Source: the human T2T-CHM13v2.0 reference genome, Homo sapiens | Assembly: GCF_009914755.1 (NCBI RefSeq) | Contig: NC_060929.1 | Reading direction: 5' to 3' (one strand) | DNA length: 64,000 nt | Shown: one piece after another, positions 55,961-64,000 of the stretch | Layout of the letters: each line of letters starts with the position of its first letter | Numbering within the stretch: the first letter of the stretch is position 1 | Position numbers and translations under genes: made by a program | The notes under the pieces: model-generated | Database searches by the model: none | What the model saw: only the letters and a program-made list of their open reading frames with translations | Told to the model about the DNA's origin: nothing

Positions 55961-57258
55961 GGTATACATGATGTTATAGGTCAGCAGGAAAGGTGGGGTG
56001 GGAGGGGAGAGGTTTACATGCTAGGTTCAACATTTTTTTTTTTTTTCCTATCTTGGTGTCACAATATTTTAAGCATCTGGATTCACAGCAATAAGGAATT
56101 ACCAATGGCAATGCTAAGGAAAGATGGCTGGCTAGATTACTGCCAACAGGTACAACGTTTTCACATTTTTAACATTTTTTAAATACTATTTCTAATATAA
56201 ATTTTATATTTTACTAACTGTATCTTTTTATTTACCAGCCCAATTGCTTCTTTATTTAACATACTCAATGGACCTCCAATCAGGTTGTTTTATTGAAGGA
56301 GGGAAATATTCATCAAACAACATTTTCAGGGAAGAAAGATATGGCTGATGCTTTTTTTTCCCTTTTAAATCATTAATACTGTTAATTACTGTCCAGTAAA
56401 AGAAGAGAGGCAAACATTTCACAGGAAGCAATGAGATCAACTCTCTGCATCCAATACTCAAACTTCATTCACAGTTGCAGCGTTCCCATCGCATAGTGAA
56501 ACATTCGTAGTTCAGCCGTGGAGTTGTCAACTGACTTCGGAGAAAAGTCTACTAAATAGGCCAGCTCTTTGAGCCACTCTTTGTTATTAGAAGCACAATT
56601 AATTCACTAATCCTATTCAGAATTTTACCGTTTGTCATCATGTTATTTATTTATTTATTTATTTCTTCACAAGGAAAAACATGTTTCCAATCTGGACCCA
56701 AACACATGATCATCTCTTTACTTGGGATAAGCTAGTATTGAGTCTACATAAGTAAAGCCAAGTTTTGAAGTGACTTCCTATATTCACTCCAACCCCAAAA
56801 TAGAAAATTACCGTGTTCTCCAAAATGTACCATTTCACTTACACGGAGTTCATCCTAAAATATTGGGAGATACATGAGAAGTGATATGGTCTCAGTGTGT
56901 GAGGCAAAGGGTGCTGAGACACTCAGGCCTTGATGGGCAGTTTCCTCTTAGGATAAAGTCCAAATACTTTCCCATGACTTGTGTAATTATTCGTGAGTGG
57001 CCCCTGCTGTTTTCCACTTCATTCCTTCTTCTCATTTCATTTCTCAGTTTCTCTACATGGACTCATTTCCTCATGTGCTAGGAGGCCTTTGAAAGTACAA
57101 TTTCTATGGCCTGGAACCATTTCCACTTTAACTATTCTATGTGACTTCTCTCTCACTCCTACTTTTTACTCTTTCTTCATCTTTCAGCCAAGTTGTCACT
57201 TTCTTTGGGAAGACTGCATGGGCCCTGACTGGGTGAGGTAGCTCTTCAATATGCTTCT

Positions 57259-57727
57259 TGTATTAGAGTTCTCCAAAGAAAGAGAACCAAAAGAAATTTT
57301 CTTGAGAAAATTCATGAGAAATGAATTGAGAAATTTCATGAGATTAGGAGGGCTGAGAAGTCCCACAATCTGCTGCCTACAAGCTGAAGACCCAGGAAAG
57401 CCAGCAGTATAACCATTCAGAGTCCGAAGGCCTGAGCCCACGGGAGCCCATGATGTAAATCCCAGGATGAGAGCAGGGAAGGATAAGTTCAGATGTCCCA
57501 GCTCATGCAATGAGGCGGGAAAAAGGGAATGGATTTCTCCTTCCCTCGCCTTTTGTTCTATTCAGAACCTTAACAGATTTGATGATCCCCATGCACACTA
57601 GGGAGGGCAACCTACTTTACGGAGCCCACTGGTTCAGAGGCTCATTTCGTCTTTAACATAATTAAAATGCTGTTTAATCTAGGCACCTTCTGGCCAATCA
57701 GGTTGACACATAGAATTAATCATCACA
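57259..57727 (-). mobile_element. MLT2 (ERVL) solo LTR inside an L2 (~56940-57890)
   Basis: tgtattagagttctcc...gctgagaagtcccacaatctgc...ttgacacatagaattaatcatcaca. Confidence 0.85.
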
Positions 57728-59080
57728 CTTACATGTTTACGAATATTTTTGCTCTCCCAATGCAGTTATCACAATATATTAGAAGGTCTGTGAGGGAGGA
57801 GACCTCGTCCTTCTTGTTTACTGATGAATTCCCAGTGCTTATCACAGTGTGCCTGGCATAAAGGAGGAGTTTAATACATAAGTGAATGAATACTGTATTT
57901 TTTAATACTGAGCATCTAAAAAGCTTCTTTACTCCAGAGCTTCAGAAGAAAACATGAGATAAGTTGACATTGAAAAGTAGGATTTTTGTGTAACCAATCG
58001 ATTCACTAATGATTCACACAACGGCATGTATGAATCTTAATTGCATTTTGTTAAATGAAAGAGCCAGACACAAAAGACTACACAGAGAATGATTCCATTC
58101 ATATGTCATTGTGGAAAATGTAAAACTAAAGGAACAGAAAATAGGTCAATGGTCTCCAGGGGTTCTGAACGGAGGGATGGGGAAATTCACTGCAAAGTGG
58201 CAGCACAGGGGCATCTTAGGATGGAATTGTTCTGTATGGTACCTGTGGTGTTGGCTCCGTGACTCAATGTATTCATCAAAACTCAGAGCTGTACAGTGTC
58301 AACCTGTATGCAAATGCAAAACATATTAACTAGGATGTGGGAAAACCCAGGATATGAAATCTGACATTAACTATACTACAAATGAATTGTATCAGATAAC
58401 TTCATTGAAGGGTATAGGGAAGAAAGAGCTGACCTAAGTAATTTTAACAAAATGTTTTGACTGATACTGTAAGGTTAAATATAAAGGAAACTCTGTGTCA
58501 AAACTTGATGTTAGTTGGTAAATTTATTTCTCATGGGGTACAGTTTAGAAGTCCTTAGTGTATATAAATACATTGTGATGCCGAGAGCCACTTTTCTCAC
58601 TGTTAGAGAAGGAATCTACAAATAAAAGAGCAAAGGCTAGAATGAAATCTGTTATACTGATTAGAGTCAGAGACATCAGAATAAACTCTTGTTTATTTAA
58701 ATAGACTATATAGATATAAAGCATATAAATTAAAATATATGTTTGCATCCATATAGGCAAAGAGATACAGAAATATATACATTTATACAGGTGTTTATAT
58801 ACACACAGATATGCATATAAATATATATTTTTTCTGTGTGTGTGTGTATATATGTATATATATATACAGAAATAAATGTATTTCCTAGATATTTTTTCTG
58901 AGAGGGCCTAGAAATAGCGAAACATAAATAGAAACAAGCACTTCAAGCTCATTGATTTCTAAATACCATTCTCTAGTAAAATCAATTAGGATTCCTTGAA
59001 GAAATTGCTGATTCTACGACTGTGGGAGGAAAGATACATGATGAGCCTGGAGCATCTTGTAGCATCAGAACATAAGGAAA

Positions 59081-60565
<1,485 letters not shown>

Positions 60566-60661
60566 TAATAATAAGTGTTTTATACCAGTATGCTGGCATG
60601 TCAAAAGTATATAAGAGACAACCTGAAAGAGCTACCAATAGCTAAGCTATAAGAAATTTGA

Positions 60662-60996
<335 letters not shown>

Positions 60997-62069
60997 TTAT
61001 AAACCACAGAATAGATAATATCCATGACTCCAGACACGTAGAAATAAATGATTAAATAAACAAATAAACAGACGAGTGAGATTAGACAAATATTCATTTT
61101 GGAATAATTCCAGTTAATAAATATAGAAGGAATTAAGGAAATAGAAAATCATCATTAGAACCCACAGTAATATTTGCTGCAGGCAAGATCTAGGGACAAA
61201 TGTAAAAATTCGTGAGTGAAATGTTAAGGTAAAACAGGATGTTTGGCCTCAAAGTATTTCCCTCAAAATATGTATTAATTATCGTGGTAGTTTAAAAATA
61301 TGTCCACAAATCAAGGATGTGGAGTTTAATTTCTCTCCTTTTATATGTGAGCTGAACTTAGTGACTTGCTTCTAATGAATAGAATAGGGAAAAGGAAAAA
61401 AAGTAATTTTACATTCAAGAAACTTGTCAGACACCAGGTTAACCAACAGATCTTGGTTAACACCACCAGGAATGAAACATATCAAAACCATGTGCTTTTT
61501 GATATGATGTACTGAGAAGGGCACATCACTTCTCCATAGAATTTTCTTCCCCCAAACCCATAACCTCAGTCTAATCATGAAAATACCAGACAAACCCAAA
61601 TAGAGGGACATTTTGCAAAATACTTGACCACATAGTGTTACTGTGATGAAAGATAAGGAAAGACCAAGAAATTGTCACAGACTGGAATACACTGAAGAGA
61701 CATAACAAGTAAACCTCATGTGTTATCATGAACTGGATACCAGAACAGAAAAAGACGTTAGTGGGAAAACTGGGGAAACTTGAAGAGAGTTTAGTACCAA
61801 TGTTAATTTCTTAGTTTTGATAAATGTACCATAGTTATGCAAGATGTTAAGGATAAAGGGAGCTGGGTGAAGGGTATATGGAAGCTCTCTGTACAATTTT
61901 TGCAACTGTTCTATAAATCTAAAATTATTTAAAGGAAAAAGTAAAAAAGAAAAAAGGAAGGATATTGGGAAGTTAATTGAATTCTTGAGTTCACAGGAGT
62001 ATCAGACTCAAGGGCCACACAGCCATAAGTAATGTCCCAAATGATACAGTGAAACTGACCTGCCTGGTA

Positions 62070-62406
62070 CAGTCCTCCCTCAGTATCTGTGGGGGTTTGG
62101 GAGATTGGTTCCAAGACCTCCCTCTTTAAAATCCACAGATGCTTCAGACCCTGATATAAAATGGCATAATATTTACATTTAAGCTATGCACATCCTTCCA
62201 TATACTTTAAATTATCTCTAGATTACTTATGATATCTAATTCAATGTAAATGCTATGGAAATAGTTGTACTATATTGTTTAGAGAATGTTAACAAGAAAA
62301 AAGTCTGTACATGTTCAATACAGATGCAACTTTTCCCCCCAAATATTTTCTGAGAGTAGTTAAATCATGAATGTGGAACTCACAGACACAGAGGGCCTAC
62401 CTACCG
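62070..62406. mobile_element. MER2 (Tigger-family) element
   Basis: ta|cagtcctccctcagtatc...ttggttccaagacc...gatataaaatggcat...cacagagggcc. Confidence 0.85.
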
Positions 62407-63042
62407 TATGTCACTACTACTGCTGCTTGAACTGTCAACATGACTGGCACAGGACATGAGATTCTTTTACAGGGATTGTGGCCACCACTGCCTTGGAAAT
62501 GGGATCTTATTGCAATTGTCACTGACTCTAGAAATATTTATCTGAGACTTTACTTCCTTGTGTCAATGGCCCTCTATTGAAAACAGGGGGTGTGTCCTAT
62601 GATTAGTAGAGGCCAGGTAATGTGCCTATGCTTAGTTTTAAGAGAAGCTGGGAAGAGAAGCATCAGGCATTTTTCCAGTTTCTCTAATGGGAGAAGGTGC
62701 CAAATATATGACGGGAGTTCAGATACTTGGCAGCCAAGAAGAATGAAAAAAAATCTAATGTATTTTGTGAATCTGATGTTGGTACAATTAGAACTTTCAA
62801 GCCATGTAAAAGAAATCTTTGAATAATTTGATTCAGTATATCTAATTGTGTCAACAGAAAACTAGATAGAAAAATTAAGTAGAGAGAAGACTGCTTTTTT
62901 TAAGCTTTGTAAGGTATATGTTTTGATTTGACTTTACTTTCTAGTATTCACTCTCTTACAATTGCTCATTTTTCTGTATCATCTGTCCAGGCTCTTCACT
63001 GAAAAAAAAAAGAAAGAAAAAGAAAAAAGAGAGAAACACTGA

Positions 63043-64000
<958 letters not shown>

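Overview
Primate genomic DNA, most likely human (it contains a near-consensus AluYa-lineage element). The only protein-coding sequence I can support is the last exon of XRCC4, the non-homologous end joining (NHEJ) factor, on the + strand at 17915-18026, encoding ...[36 protein letters not shown]. About 17.9 kb of the final intron precedes it. A ~0.5 kb 3' UTR and ~45 kb of repeat-rich intergenic DNA follow; from recalled gene order this runs towards VCAN, which is outside the window. The haplotype has A at -7 from the exon start, which removes the upstream of two tandem splice acceptors, and TCG at Ser307. Both match recalled XRCC4 variants (rs1805377 A, rs1056503 G) and predict only the 334-aa form. 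The rest is Alu, L1, L2, MIR, MaLR/ERVL LTRs and DNA transposons, several with clear target-site duplications (TSDs) and nesting. The ORF track is almost entirely repeat-derived or chance ORFs. I found no convincing new multi-gene system. The best leads are a cryptic alternative last exon, an AP-1-rich candidate enhancer, an 18-bp perfect inverted repeat, a young Alu and a possible decayed hAT transposon. Repeat subfamily names and many boundaries are by-eye estimates.
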